Positions 39,460 through 49,607 of a DNA stretch of 60,591 bases are shown piece by piece. The notes beneath the pieces are model-generated. The model did no database searches. It saw only the letters and a list, made by a program, of their open reading frames with translations, and had not been told where the DNA came from. Each line of letters starts with the position of its first letter. Within the stretch, counting starts at the first letter, position 1. The translations under genes and the position numbers were made by a program. The DNA is from Oculatellaceae cyanobacterium bins.114 (GTDB taxonomy: Bacteria > Cyanobacteriota > Cyanobacteriia > Elainellales > Elainellaceae): assembly GCA_033764315.1 (NCBI GenBank), contig JANRJA010000097.1, forward strand, positions 1 through 60,591, read 5' to 3'.

Positions 39460-40011
39460 TCAACGACTGCCAAGCGTTTTTTGAAACCCAGGTCGTTGAG
39501 CTAGCCGTTGAAGATAATCTGCGATCGCCCCATAGTCACTAAAATCGAGCTTAAGCATCAGCGGCATATAGGCTAACATCGACCCCACAGCAACATCGGC
39601 AGCTGTAAAGCGATCTCCCAAGATAAAAGTCTGTTGACTAAATAGCGTGTTGAGGGGTGGAAACAACTGCAACGATTCTTTGTCACGACTGGCTTCTATA
39701 AAAATGCCTGGGCCTAGTGTGGCGTTCGCAAATAACACCCATTGAGCGATCGTGGCACGTTCCTCCAGGGTTACTGGAGCATCATATTTGTCAGACAAAT
39801 AGATCAAGATGGCACCCGACTCCCACAGTTTCAAGTCTCCATCCACAATGGCTGGAACCTTGCCCATCGGGTTAATCGCCAGGAAATCAGGTTGATGGTG
39901 TTCTCCTGACTGCATGTCTAACAAAACAAACTCATAGGGAACAGCGAGTTCCTCTAAATACCACTGCACAATTGATGCTCGGCTTCGAGCACTGCCATAG
40001 AGTTTCAGCAT
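39460..40011 (-). CDS. Glutathione S-transferase family protein
   Basis: SRASIVQWYLEEL, INPMGKVPAI, LWESGAILIYL, FTAADV. Confidence 0.95.
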   Translation of the reverse strand: MLKLYGSARSRASIVQWYLEELAVPYEFVLLDMQSGEHHQPDFLAINPMGKVPAIVDGDLKLWESGAILIYLSDKYDAPVTLEERATIAQWVLFANATLGPGIFIEASRDKESLQLFPPLNTLFSQQTFILGDRFTAADVAVGSMLAYMPLMLKLDFSDYGAIADYLQRLAQRPGFQKTLGSR

Positions 40012-40032
40012 TAGTAATGGATAAAGCTAAGT

Positions 40033-40497
40033 TTACAAAACTTTATGAGTATACTCATGTTGCTTGACGTTGTCCTCCGTTCGGACAAGTCGTTCAGAGT
40101 TTAACACTCGCTTACGCTCTGTTGAAAAATTAAAATCGTCCCGCGATGAGCCGAGAGGAATGTGATCTTTGGCGATAGAACGGGTCTTGTAAGTGCGGGC
40201 AGCCGCGATCGCCCGAAACGCAAATTCATCACAAAATTGAGTTGTTGCTGGAAAGCCTGCTGGCAACACGGTTTCTTCGCCTGCCAACACGGTTCCTAGT
40301 GTTGTAGCGCAAGCCACTCGATAGGATGTTGGAATGCCTTTGACGATCGCCTCTAATGCAGCCGAGGGAATTGGCTCTGCAACTTGAACCTCATGCACGC
40401 CATCGTCATCTTTGATAAAACACGTTGCTAACCCCACGACGATATAATCGTCGGCTGAGAGATCTGGGGCATTGGGGTATGAAGTCGCCATTGTCAT
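40033..40497 (-). CDS. Conserved cyanobacterial hypothetical protein
   Basis: DDYIVVGLATCF..EPIPSAALEAI..GIPTSY..AARTY..KRVLN..DNVKQH recalled as a cyanobacterial family of unknown function. Confidence 0.8.
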   Translation of the reverse strand: MTMATSYPNAPDLSADDYIVVGLATCFIKDDDGVHEVQVAEPIPSAALEAIVKGIPTSYRVACATTLGTVLAGEETVLPAGFPATTQFCDEFAFRAIAAARTYKTRSIAKDHIPLGSSRDDFNFSTERKRVLNSERLVRTEDNVKQHEYTHKVL

Positions 40498-40988
40498 AAA
40501 CAGTATTTAAGCCGTGAAACGATAATAATTCCAGCAATGCATAGCCGATCTTAGCTGGTTTGGTCAGTATCAGCGTTGAAACAGACTCAAAGATTAACGC
40601 TGAAAACGTCTACATTCTACCTACATCAAAAATTACAAACCCTTCACAAATCCCATCCTGACTCAGCCCCATTCGTTGAGTAGTGTGTAGGGGTTCACAA
40701 AGTTTTGGCAAACCTTCAGAAATTATACGGAGTCTTACTGTAGTTAAAAAAGGAGGAGAAAAGAGGTCTATTCGTTCTTGAATATGGGTTTTAAGCGTTA
40801 GGGATTTTTTCTACTCGTAATTTTAAAATCAGTAGTTTCAACCTAACAATCTTACCCAAACGGACACATTATCAAGTGACACAGGAATGAACCCGTCTTC
40901 GTTGAACTTAGAAGACACTGAAGAAGATGCTGAACAGTAAATCCATTCGACGTTGACCTGATCAGGCTATATCACTTTTGAGGATGCT

Positions 40989-41765
40989 ATGAATCTGCGA
41001 TCGCCTGCAAGCCGTAATAAGGGACACCAAGCTAGTTCGACTGGAACTGCCGTTAAAACATCTGCGACTCATTCTCGCCTGATATCTCGTTCTCGCGTTG
41101 CACCCCGTCGTAAGCAATACCGTGAAGGGACGACGCCCGTCAAACCATCGACTTCTAATCTCAGTCAAAGCGATCGCGACATCTTGTTGCGGCAACGCGC
41201 CTTAGCTGAAGTGCAGCAGGGTAATTGCCAGGAGGCAATTGACCTTTTTACTCAACTGATTGAGCGTAACCCTGATAGTGCCACCGATTATAACAATCGT
41301 GGATTAGTTCACTTTCAAAGGGGTCAGTGGGAAGCCGCACTTGCAGACTACAATCGGGCGATCGAGCTAAACCCCCGATTAGATAGTGTTTACAATAATC
41401 GCGCCAATTACCACGCCTCTCAAGGTGAGCTGTTGGAGGCAATCTTGGACTATGACACGGCCCTCGACTTAAACCCTGGCAACATTCGCGCCTGGATTAA
41501 TCAAGGCATTACCTTCCGCGACCTGATGATGTATGAACAGGCGGTCGAATGCTTTGACCTAGCACTCTGTATGGGGCAACTCGAAGGTCATATATATGCT
41601 GAACGAGGACGCACCTATCACCTTTGGGGTGATTGGAATTGCGCGATCGCAGACTATAACCGGGCGATCGAGGCTCTGGTTCAACCCAAACAAACCACAG
41701 CCGCTCTAGCGGCTCGGCTGCGGCTACAAGTCAACGTTTGGTTAGATGAATTGACCAATCCCTAA
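40989..41765 (+). CDS. Tetratricopeptide repeat protein
   Basis: Repeated YNNRG...ALADYNRAIELNP units. Confidence 0.92.
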   Translation: MNLRSPASRNKGHQASSTGTAVKTSATHSRLISRSRVAPRRKQYREGTTPVKPSTSNLSQSDRDILLRQRALAEVQQGNCQEAIDLFTQLIERNPDSATDYNNRGLVHFQRGQWEAALADYNRAIELNPRLDSVYNNRANYHASQGELLEAILDYDTALDLNPGNIRAWINQGITFRDLMMYEQAVECFDLALCMGQLEGHIYAERGRTYHLWGDWNCAIADYNRAIEALVQPKQTTAALAARLRLQVNVWLDELTNP

Positions 41766-41809
41766 TCAGGGCATGGATAGGCATGGGAGGAGTTAAATCA
41801 GAGGTCTGA

Positions 41810-43219
41810 TCAAGGATTGAGCCGCGATTGCGCCCTTGACAGAGCCGCCCTGACTTGCTCAAATCCAGTGCCACCATAGCTGTTACGGGCAGACACCACC
41901 TGACGAGGGGCGATCGCCTCATAGATATCTGTTGTAAATGCCGGGTGAATGGTTTGCCACTCCTCCAGAGTCAAGTCTTTGAGCAACTTGCCTGCTGCGA
42001 GCGACGTTTTGACCACCTTGCCGACGAGGTTATATGCCTCGCGGAAGGGCACCCCCTTAGCGGCCAGATAATCAGCGACATCGGTGGCGTTAGAAAAATC
42101 TTCAGCGACCGCTGCATTGAGTCGAGTCGGGCGAAACTCCAGCCCCTCTTGCATCAAAATAGTCATCGCTTCTAGGCAGGCTTTAACCGTTTTGACGGTG
42201 TCAAACAAGGCTTCTTTGTCTTCTTGCAAATCTTTGTTATACGCCAGAGGTAGACCTTTCATTAGCACCAACAACCCCTGAAGATGCCCAAACACCCGCC
42301 CAGTTTTGCCGCGCACCAACTCCGGTACATCGGGATTTTTTTTCTGTGGCATAATACTTGACCCCGTGGAGCAGGAGTCTTTGAGGGTGACAAAGCTAAA
42401 TTCCTCTGATGCCCACAAAATTACTTCTTCAGACAGGCGGGAGAGGTGCACCATGATCAGACTGGCGGCACAGCTAAACTCAATTGCAAAGTCGCGATCG
42501 CTCACCCCATCTAAACTGTTTTCATAAACCGCCTCAAATCCTAATAGCTTGGCGGTGTAGTGGCGATCGATCGGAAAGGTGGTGCCTGCCAGTGCTCCCG
42601 ACCCTAACGGTGAAATGTTGACTCTTTTATAGACATCGGCCAACCGCTCCCAGTCGCGTTGAGTCATCTCGACGTAGGCCAACAAATGATGCGCCAGACT
42701 CAAAGGTTGTGCTCGTTGGAGATGAGTATAACCGGGGATCAAGGTTTCAATGTGCTGTTCTGCTAGACTTAGCAATACGGTTTGAAATACCTGTAACTGC
42801 TGTTGCAGTTGAGTGATTTGGTCGCGCAAATACAGGCGTGTATCAGTGCCAACCTGGTCATTGCGCGATCGCGCTGTATGAAGTTTTTTGCCAACATCTC
42901 CGATCAACTCAGTCAAGCGACGCTCGACCGCAAAGTGAACGTCTTCTGCATCAATGCCGGGGTTAAAAAATCCCTGCCGATATTCCTGTCGAATTTGCTC
43001 TAACCCTGAAACCAACTGCTCTCCTTCTTCAGGAGGAATGATCCCAACCTGTGCCAGCATGTTTGCATGGGCTTGTGATCCGGTTAGGTCATATTCAAGT
43101 AACTCGATGTCAAACCCAATACTGGCGTTAAATTGGGCGATCGCCGGATGGAGGGCAGTCTCAAATCGCTGACTCCAGGTTTGTTGCTGACTGAATGGCT
43201 GAGATACTGGATTGTTCAA
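41810..43219 (-). CDS. argH: Argininosuccinate lyase
   Basis: [52 protein letters not shown]. Confidence 0.99.
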   Translation of the reverse strand: MNNPVSQPFSQQQTWSQRFETALHPAIAQFNASIGFDIELLEYDLTGSQAHANMLAQVGIIPPEEGEQLVSGLEQIRQEYRQGFFNPGIDAEDVHFAVERRLTELIGDVGKKLHTARSRNDQVGTDTRLYLRDQITQLQQQLQVFQTVLLSLAEQHIETLIPGYTHLQRAQPLSLAHHLLAYVEMTQRDWERLADVYKRVNISPLGSGALAGTTFPIDRHYTAKLLGFEAVYENSLDGVSDRDFAIEFSCAASLIMVHLSRLSEEVILWASEEFSFVTLKDSCSTGSSIMPQKKNPDVPELVRGKTGRVFGHLQGLLVLMKGLPLAYNKDLQEDKEALFDTVKTVKACLEAMTILMQEGLEFRPTRLNAAVAEDFSNATDVADYLAAKGVPFREAYNLVGKVVKTSLAAGKLLKDLTLEEWQTIHPAFTTDIYEAIAPRQVVSARNSYGGTGFEQVRAALSRAQSRLNP

Positions 43220-43253
43220 GTGACCTACCCCGATGAAAACATTAAAATATCAC

Positions 43254-43330
43254 GGTTGATGGTCAATCGTTAATGGTCATTCGTTCTCGGTCATTTGTCA
43301 GGGGGTTAATCGTCAGGGTCATTCGCTAGG
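43254..43330. repeat. Degenerate heptamer tandem repeats (STRR-like)
   Basis: GGTTGAT GGTCAAT CGTTAAT GGTCATT CGTTCTC GGTCATT TGTCAGG... Confidence 0.6.
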
Positions 43331-43368
43331 AGTGACTTAGAAATGAGAATTAAATAAAATCGCATTTT

Positions 43369-43447
43369 GTAGGATGTGTTGGGCGATCGCCGTAACGCAT
43401 CAATCCCTAAAGGCGATGCGTCGTTATGCTGCGCTAACACATCCTAC
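43369..43447. repeat. REP doublet (REPIN-like) with GTAG ends
   Basis: GTAGGATGTGTT...AACACATCCTAC perfect 12-bp IR, internal HIP1-centred hairpin. Confidence 0.7.
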
Positions 43448-43745
43448 CCAAGCTATGCTCAGGACGGGCTACTCTCACACCGTGTGAAGATAGAGAGGTT
43501 CTTAGCCCATTAAGTAGACTCGAACCATTCCCCTTGCCATCAATAGGTGAGCGGGTCGTGGCAACCAAAGTGCAGCCCGTTGACTGGTTTGAACCTTGTC
43601 CTAATCAGCTTGATAACTGCATTTTGAGCTTCACTGCTCACACAAGGTGAATGACCCACAGTCAATTGGTCAGGTTCGGAGGCGATGCGTGAACCCCGAT
43701 TGACACTTGACAAATGACGTTGACTCTGATGTCCTCTTTCCGAAT

Positions 43746-43991
43746 TCAACCGTAAGAGGTAAAGCTACGAATGAGGAACCCAATGACTAAACCGGCTAAC
43801 AGTGCCCACAACTGACCTGACTTGACAAAGTTATCAAAGGAGTTGCGCGCATTGGCAAAAACATCGGTCTCAAACTGTTGGGCGAGTAAGCTCCAATCTA
43901 CATGGGGATGCCATAGCATATTCCACAGATCGCTATCGGGACCAACTGCCAATAGAGTAGGCATGTCTTGCATTAGATGAATCAGCAACAT
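43746..43991 (-). CDS. Small conserved membrane protein (hypothetical)
   Basis: LLAQQFETDVF...FDNFVKSGQLWALLAGLVIGFLIRSFTSYG; GAGG upstream. Confidence 0.75.
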   Translation of the reverse strand: MLLIHLMQDMPTLLAVGPDSDLWNMLWHPHVDWSLLAQQFETDVFANARNSFDNFVKSGQLWALLAGLVIGFLIRSFTSYG

Positions 43992-44060
43992 AGTTCTCGT
44001 GCCTCACACACCAAATTCATAACGGTTGTCTCAGAATTAGCATACGGCACTCCATCGCTT

Positions 44061-45503
44061 TTATACCGTTGCTTCAGTTTTTTTGATTTGCATCACGATG
44101 AGCGTCATGTCATCTTCAGCCCGATTTGACTTACCGATAAACTGTTGTACCTGGTTAAATAAGTGATCCAAAATTGCTTGTGGGCTTTCGCAGTGTTGGC
44201 ATGCCCACTGAAACGCCTGTCTCAGGTTCTCTTCATCAAAGCGATCGCCATTTTGGTTGGCAGCATCAGTAAAGCCATCGGTGTAATAGATCAGGGTGTC
44301 ACCTGGATGCAACTGCACTTGAGCATCGTGATATTGTGTATCGACATCTAAGCCAATCAACATGCCCAGAGTGTCTAGTCGCTGAATGGTCTGAGTTTCT
44401 GCTTGCCAAAGCAACGGTGGATTGTGAGCCGCATTGCTATAGTGCAATGTTTGCGTTTGGGTGTCGTACTCGGAGTAAAACAGCGTCACAAACCGATTGG
44501 AGTTTTCCAAATCGGTATACATGACGTGATTCAAATGTTGCAAGATGCGAGCGGGTGAATGTCGGTTAAGCACCTCTGCCCGCAGCATGCCCCGCAGCAT
44601 CGTCATGATTAATCCAGCAGGAACCCCCTTACCCATGACATCGCCGATCGCCACACTCCAGCGATCAGACTCATAAACCGCCCCTTTTTTAGAGCGAATC
44701 TGGTCATAATTAGCGGGGATAAAGTCGTAATAGTCACCCCCCACCCGGCTAGCGGGTTGAGTCCGGGCGGCGACTTCGGTGCCCATGATGTTGGGGCAGT
44801 GACGTGGCAAGAGTTGCAGTTGAATTTCAGCCCCAATCTCTAGCTCGCGATCGAGTCGTTCTTTTTTACGCAATTCGACCGTGAGTTCGTCATTGGCGAT
44901 CGCCACAGCTGTTTGGTCAGCGACGAGCCGCACCAATTTTTGCCGAGTCTCTGTCCATTCATAGTCTGGGTCACGGCTAAACACATAGAGCCGTCCTCGC
45001 TCGGTGCTTTTGGTCAAAATCGCTGTACCAAACAGGTGCACATCAGGTCCCAATGACAGACTGACCTGGTGGTCAAGCGTTGCCGTCAGATTGTTGGTCA
45101 GGGTCAACGCCTGCCCTGGTGTTGTAGAAGATAATCCGGCAATTTGGCGAGTTGCTGCCTCTAACGCCTTACGAATGTCTTGGCATTGCGTATTGTCTTG
45201 ACAGTGCAACCGCTCTAACCGCATTTGCCCATCGGGCTTAAATAGAATTAAGGCTCCGCCATCGGCATCGGTGACTCGGCTGGCGATGAGCGGGGTTAAT
45301 TCTAAAAACTGCTTGAGATTGTTAAAACTTCGTAACGCAAAGCCCAACGATCCCAACAAATCTTGAATTTTATTTTGCTCTCGCCGCAACCGAGACACCA
45401 ACTCCTTGAGCGCAAACACAGGTGTCATCTCTGGTGAGGGAGTGCCACTGCCAGTGATATCAGACGATTGGGAAGGTTGTCTCGGAACAGGTAGAGAAGT
45501 CAT
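44061..45503 (-). CDS. GAF + PP2C/SpoIIE Ser/Thr phosphatase (RsbU-like)
   Basis: LVADQTAVAI (GAF end), ELEIGAEIQ, VGGDYYD, IGDVMGKG, YTDG, DDMTL. Confidence 0.95.
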   Translation of the reverse strand: MTSLPVPRQPSQSSDITGSGTPSPEMTPVFALKELVSRLRREQNKIQDLLGSLGFALRSFNNLKQFLELTPLIASRVTDADGGALILFKPDGQMRLERLHCQDNTQCQDIRKALEAATRQIAGLSSTTPGQALTLTNNLTATLDHQVSLSLGPDVHLFGTAILTKSTERGRLYVFSRDPDYEWTETRQKLVRLVADQTAVAIANDELTVELRKKERLDRELEIGAEIQLQLLPRHCPNIMGTEVAARTQPASRVGGDYYDFIPANYDQIRSKKGAVYESDRWSVAIGDVMGKGVPAGLIMTMLRGMLRAEVLNRHSPARILQHLNHVMYTDLENSNRFVTLFYSEYDTQTQTLHYSNAAHNPPLLWQAETQTIQRLDTLGMLIGLDVDTQYHDAQVQLHPGDTLIYYTDGFTDAANQNGDRFDEENLRQAFQWACQHCESPQAILDHLFNQVQQFIGKSNRAEDDMTLIVMQIKKTEATV

Positions 45504-45657
45504 GCGTGAGTATTAACGCAGAATAGAGACTCACTGAGCAAGGAATGCAAAAGCAGGAGCTAAAGCCACAGCAAGTGTCGTGGGATGCGTAAAGATGTTG
45601 GGATAAATTCTAACGAATGTTGTGGCGATCGCAGTATGCCCTTTCTGGTGGTTTTTG

Positions 45658-48600
45658 CTACGCCACTAAGGTAATTTGATCTGGAATTAGCTGAGCAGTT
45701 CCTTGGAGAGTGGCGATCGCTATGGGTAAGCCTGCCCCAAGTCCATCGGCATCAAACTGCAACACTCCAGTGCTGGTGTTAAACAAAAAGGTGGCTAAAG
45801 TGCTCTCAGGGTTTGCATCGATTCGTAATACTCCTGTCGCATCAACCCCATTCAGGCTTGTTCCAGCGACCAGACTGCCACCAAACCCAGCGGCTGAAAT
45901 TTCCAGGCGATCGTCTGGGGTGAAGTCAGTGAGGATATCCACACCCTCACGAGGTAAGTTATAGCGAAAGGTATCACTTCCCCCTTTCCCGGTTAAAACA
46001 TCATTGCCTTCTCCCCCTATTAACACTGTGGCACTGTCATCGCCAGTGAGGATGTCACTAAATCGGGTGCCAACCAGGGTTTGGGCGTTGTCTGAACGTG
46101 TAATGCGAGCAGCTACATCTCCTGAAAAGACAGGGTTTCCCAGACTGCGCCAGTCGCCACCCTCAACAAAGGCTCCATTTTGAAACGTCCCTGTGGTGAC
46201 GTCATACCACAACACTTGAAACGTGCCTGTGACACTCCGCAAATCCAGGTTTACTATGCCACCATTTCTGAGGTAGATGGCATAAGCGGCTCCGGTTTGT
46301 GCAAAAGCATAGTTGCTGGTGGTGGTAGAGAGCAAGGCATTGTTAGGTGCCATGTTGTTAAAGGGTAATGTCTCTAGCAGTTGCCGCGTGCGACGCATGT
46401 CGTCCCACATCGATTCGATCGCCTGAAATCGCAGGTTGGGTGAATAGTTGAAGAAGAGTTCGTGCTGTCCACCTGCGAGATAAATTGGGTACAACACTTC
46501 CGAGCGAAACTTGACACGAGTTGACTCGCTATTGTCAAAGATTCTGGGAATCTCATCCAACATGATAGGAATGGGACGACCCCGCTCAATGCTGCGGCGA
46601 CGATTGGTTTCGATCAGGTTGTTTAAGTTGGGTAGTCCTGTAGTTGCCAAGTTGAAGTTGCCCCCAGGGAGCGTCTGCATACTGGTCAGATCAAAGTTTG
46701 GGTTTCCCAGGAAAGGCCACGGTACATTTTGTCGATGAACAGTAACGGGGTGATCGTAGGGGTCGATTGCCCGAAGTTTGGCTGCAAAATCGATTTGTTG
46801 TTGGTCGGTGTAAATTTCATTGGCTTCTTCACCCAGGTTCCAGATGATGGCAGGGTGATAGCCAAATCGAGCCACCATTTCACGGTAATAGACATCGTGG
46901 TCAAAGCTACGCCAAGCCGAGTCATCGGTTAAAACCCAATGTAGAGCCACTCCTCGCTGTTGGGCATAACTAAAAACGGTTTCCCACTCTTGCAGCTTGT
47001 TAATGTTAAACCGATTGCTATTTGCTTTTGCTTCGGTCGAGGTTGAGCCTAACCAAGGCCAGGTATCTCTGCTATCACTATCAACGTTGTTACTGACAAA
47101 GTAGATACTGTTGACCCCTCGACTGCTGAGATAGTCGATCGCCTCCAGGCGTTCTTGCATACTGCCAAAGGCGGTGCCTAAAAAGTTTTCAGGGTCATCG
47201 GTTCCGGTTTTAATCCAATAATCGCCATCAGCAAACTTGAGGTAGTGCCCTCCAGCATATTGCAGGCGACCCCACCGCAAAAAGTTGGGTGCTGAGGCAG
47301 GAGCCTCTGTGACAACAAAGGAACCACTGTAACCATTTAAAGCAGTGTCGCTGCTGCTGGCGGTAAACGTCCAGCCTCCTAGAGCATTGGCACTAAAGCG
47401 CACCTTCCAGACATTGCCAGAGGTTCCCCCATTGCCATCACCGTCATAAAAAGCTGGGACGGTAAAGGTTCCACCCGGTCCAGTAAAAGTGACATTGACA
47501 TTAGTCAAAAAGGGATTGTCTGAAGCCGTCACATTGGTGTTGCGTCCTCTTAGAACAATCTCAACTTTGTGCCATTCATGAAAACTACCAATTGCCCCCA
47601 AATCTTTTGGGTTGGTGTTGCCTGGAGGAGCTAACACTGAAAAGCTGCCCAGACTGCCTGCTGCAACAGCGTTACCTGCGGTATCTGTCACCTGCCTGGC
47701 TTGCATGGCTACTGTATAAGTACCGTTGTCAGTCTGATCCCAACTGCCGTCTGGAGCGTTGATCCGATAGGTTGAGGTGCGGGGAGAACCTGTGCCAGTC
47801 GGGGTGTAACTAATGAAGGTTGCCTGTTGACTGGTTCCATTGGGGCTAATGACGGAAATATCGTTGTTGTCTAAGGTGGCAACATTGATGGCAACTGCAT
47901 CGCTATAGGTGACGGTAAAGGTGTAGTCACTGCCGCCACTGGTGGTGATGTTGGATGCAGTGAGGCTAGCCGTAGGAGCGATCGCATCAGGGGGTGGAGC
48001 ATTTCCCACAGGTACAAATTCGATGTAGTCAACCCGAGCATGTTCTTGTGATTGCTCTGTTCCAAAAATATCAATACGGGTTCCTGGAGTGACATCCAGA
48101 GTGCCAACAAAGCGATTGACTCGATTTTGATTGCTAATGCCACTAGAGTTGAGATTTTGATTGAGCGTCCAGGCAGCGTTAAACCCAGTGCCAATCTGTA
48201 AACGCATCTGAGCCTGCCCGTCACTCTCATCAAAGTAGTTGACATAGACGTTATAACGTTGTGCTATGCCTGAGAAGCTGGTGAAAGCGGAACCAGATTC
48301 TGTTGTGCCGCTACCAACTAAGCTCAATAAAGCCCGATTGGAAGCGATGCTGTTATTTTCAATACGATATCCCGATCGCGTCATTGATTCAGCTTCGATG
48401 CGGATGGGAGTCCCAGTTGGGGGTGGCATCACATCATCATCGGCGATCGCTACTGTTGTAGTAGTTTGAGTGCCCAGAACAAAGCCATTGGTAGGATCGC
48501 TCAAACTCAGATTGATGGTTTCGCTGCCCTCAACCAGATCATCATTCACAACCGGAATGACAGCGGTTAAGGCAGATTCACCATCTGCAAATGTGACCGT

Positions 48601-49566
48601 GATGGGGGTGTCGGTGTAGTCGTTGGTGGCGATCGCAGTGCCATTACGCAGGTTAATTGTGACCGTTGCACCAACATTGATGTCCCCGGTACGAGCTACG
48701 GTAACGGTGTTGGGAGTAGTGCCGTTTTCATTCACTGTAAAACTGGCAGCACCAAAAGAAATTACTCCAGATAGAGGTGGAGTGTCATTATCAATAATGG
48801 TGAGGGTAGCGGTAGTTTGAGTTCCTACGGTTGCTCCCCCCGTGAGATTGCTCAGAGTCAAGTTAACGGTTTCATTGCCCTCGACATCGGTGTCATTGGT
48901 GATGGGGATCGTCACCGTTTGACTGGTTTGACCCTCAGCAAAGTTGACCACAATCGGAGTGCTGGTGAAGTCGCTGCCAGCCGTTGCCGTGCCATTGGTG
49001 GGAGTTACCGTTGCACTGACCGCTCCACTGCTGCCGCCTGTTCGGGTTACGGTGACGGTAGTAACGGGAGTGCTATTTTCATTAACACTGTAATTAACAG
49101 AGCTAAATGCTAAGGTTCCTGGAGTGGGAGTTGGATTGCTAACTGGAATAAACTCAATGTAGTCAATTCGAGTAGACTCGCCTGCGTTTTCTCGCCCCAA
49201 GATCGAAAGTGTTTGACTCGCATCAACGGTTAATCCACTAGCAATTTGTCGTCTGACAAGTGTCCGGCGGTCGGCTGCTGTACTCGGTAGCGAGGCATTG
49301 AGGTTAATGCCACTAATCAGAGAGCCACCGAGGGAAACTTCGATGCGACCGACACCGTCATTTTCATCAAAGTAGCCGAGGTAGATATCGTAAGTGCCAG
49401 AGGTCAAACCAAACCCTGCTAGTCCTGCCGCTCCTGTGCTGGCGGTGCCAGTTTCATTTGCACTACCACCTGCAAAGCCAATCATGCTTCCACCGGAAGC
49501 AGCCCCACTCGACTCAACTCGAAATCCAACGCGTTGCAAACTTTCGGCTTGAATGCGAGTGATCAT
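45658..49566 (-). CDS. Secreted modular protein A: CBM-like x2, Calx-beta x2, Ig-like, DUF5060 + GH-A-like catalytic domain + collagen-binding-like domain, RTX C-terminus
   Basis: RIQAES..YFDENDG..RIDYIEF; TLAFSS..VNEN..DF..NDTDVEGNETV; FYDGDGNGG..WKVRF; WNLGEE, DPYDHPVTVH, IMLDE; GGEGNDVLTG; no N-terminal signal peptide. Confidence 0.85.
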   Translation of the reverse strand: MITRIQAESLQRVGFRVESSGAASGGSMIGFAGGSANETGTASTGAAGLAGFGLTSGTYDIYLGYFDENDGVGRIEVSLGGSLISGINLNASLPSTAADRRTLVRRQIASGLTVDASQTLSILGRENAGESTRIDYIEFIPVSNPTPTPGTLAFSSVNYSVNENSTPVTTVTVTRTGGSSGAVSATVTPTNGTATAGSDFTSTPIVVNFAEGQTSQTVTIPITNDTDVEGNETVNLTLSNLTGGATVGTQTTATLTIIDNDTPPLSGVISFGAASFTVNENGTTPNTVTVARTGDINVGATVTINLRNGTAIATNDYTDTPITVTFADGESALTAVIPVVNDDLVEGSETINLSLSDPTNGFVLGTQTTTTVAIADDDVMPPPTGTPIRIEAESMTRSGYRIENNSIASNRALLSLVGSGTTESGSAFTSFSGIAQRYNVYVNYFDESDGQAQMRLQIGTGFNAAWTLNQNLNSSGISNQNRVNRFVGTLDVTPGTRIDIFGTEQSQEHARVDYIEFVPVGNAPPPDAIAPTASLTASNITTSGGSDYTFTVTYSDAVAINVATLDNNDISVISPNGTSQQATFISYTPTGTGSPRTSTYRINAPDGSWDQTDNGTYTVAMQARQVTDTAGNAVAAGSLGSFSVLAPPGNTNPKDLGAIGSFHEWHKVEIVLRGRNTNVTASDNPFLTNVNVTFTGPGGTFTVPAFYDGDGNGGTSGNVWKVRFSANALGGWTFTASSSDTALNGYSGSFVVTEAPASAPNFLRWGRLQYAGGHYLKFADGDYWIKTGTDDPENFLGTAFGSMQERLEAIDYLSSRGVNSIYFVSNNVDSDSRDTWPWLGSTSTEAKANSNRFNINKLQEWETVFSYAQQRGVALHWVLTDDSAWRSFDHDVYYREMVARFGYHPAIIWNLGEEANEIYTDQQQIDFAAKLRAIDPYDHPVTVHRQNVPWPFLGNPNFDLTSMQTLPGGNFNLATTGLPNLNNLIETNRRRSIERGRPIPIMLDEIPRIFDNSESTRVKFRSEVLYPIYLAGGQHELFFNYSPNLRFQAIESMWDDMRRTRQLLETLPFNNMAPNNALLSTTTSNYAFAQTGAAYAIYLRNGGIVNLDLRSVTGTFQVLWYDVTTGTFQNGAFVEGGDWRSLGNPVFSGDVAARITRSDNAQTLVGTRFSDILTGDDSATVLIGGEGNDVLTGKGGSDTFRYNLPREGVDILTDFTPDDRLEISAAGFGGSLVAGTSLNGVDATGVLRIDANPESTLATFLFNTSTGVLQFDADGLGAGLPIAIATLQGTAQLIPDQITLVA

Positions 49567-49607
49567 ACAAAATCCTTCTAAACTCTATATTTAAGCTGAG
49601 ACACGAC

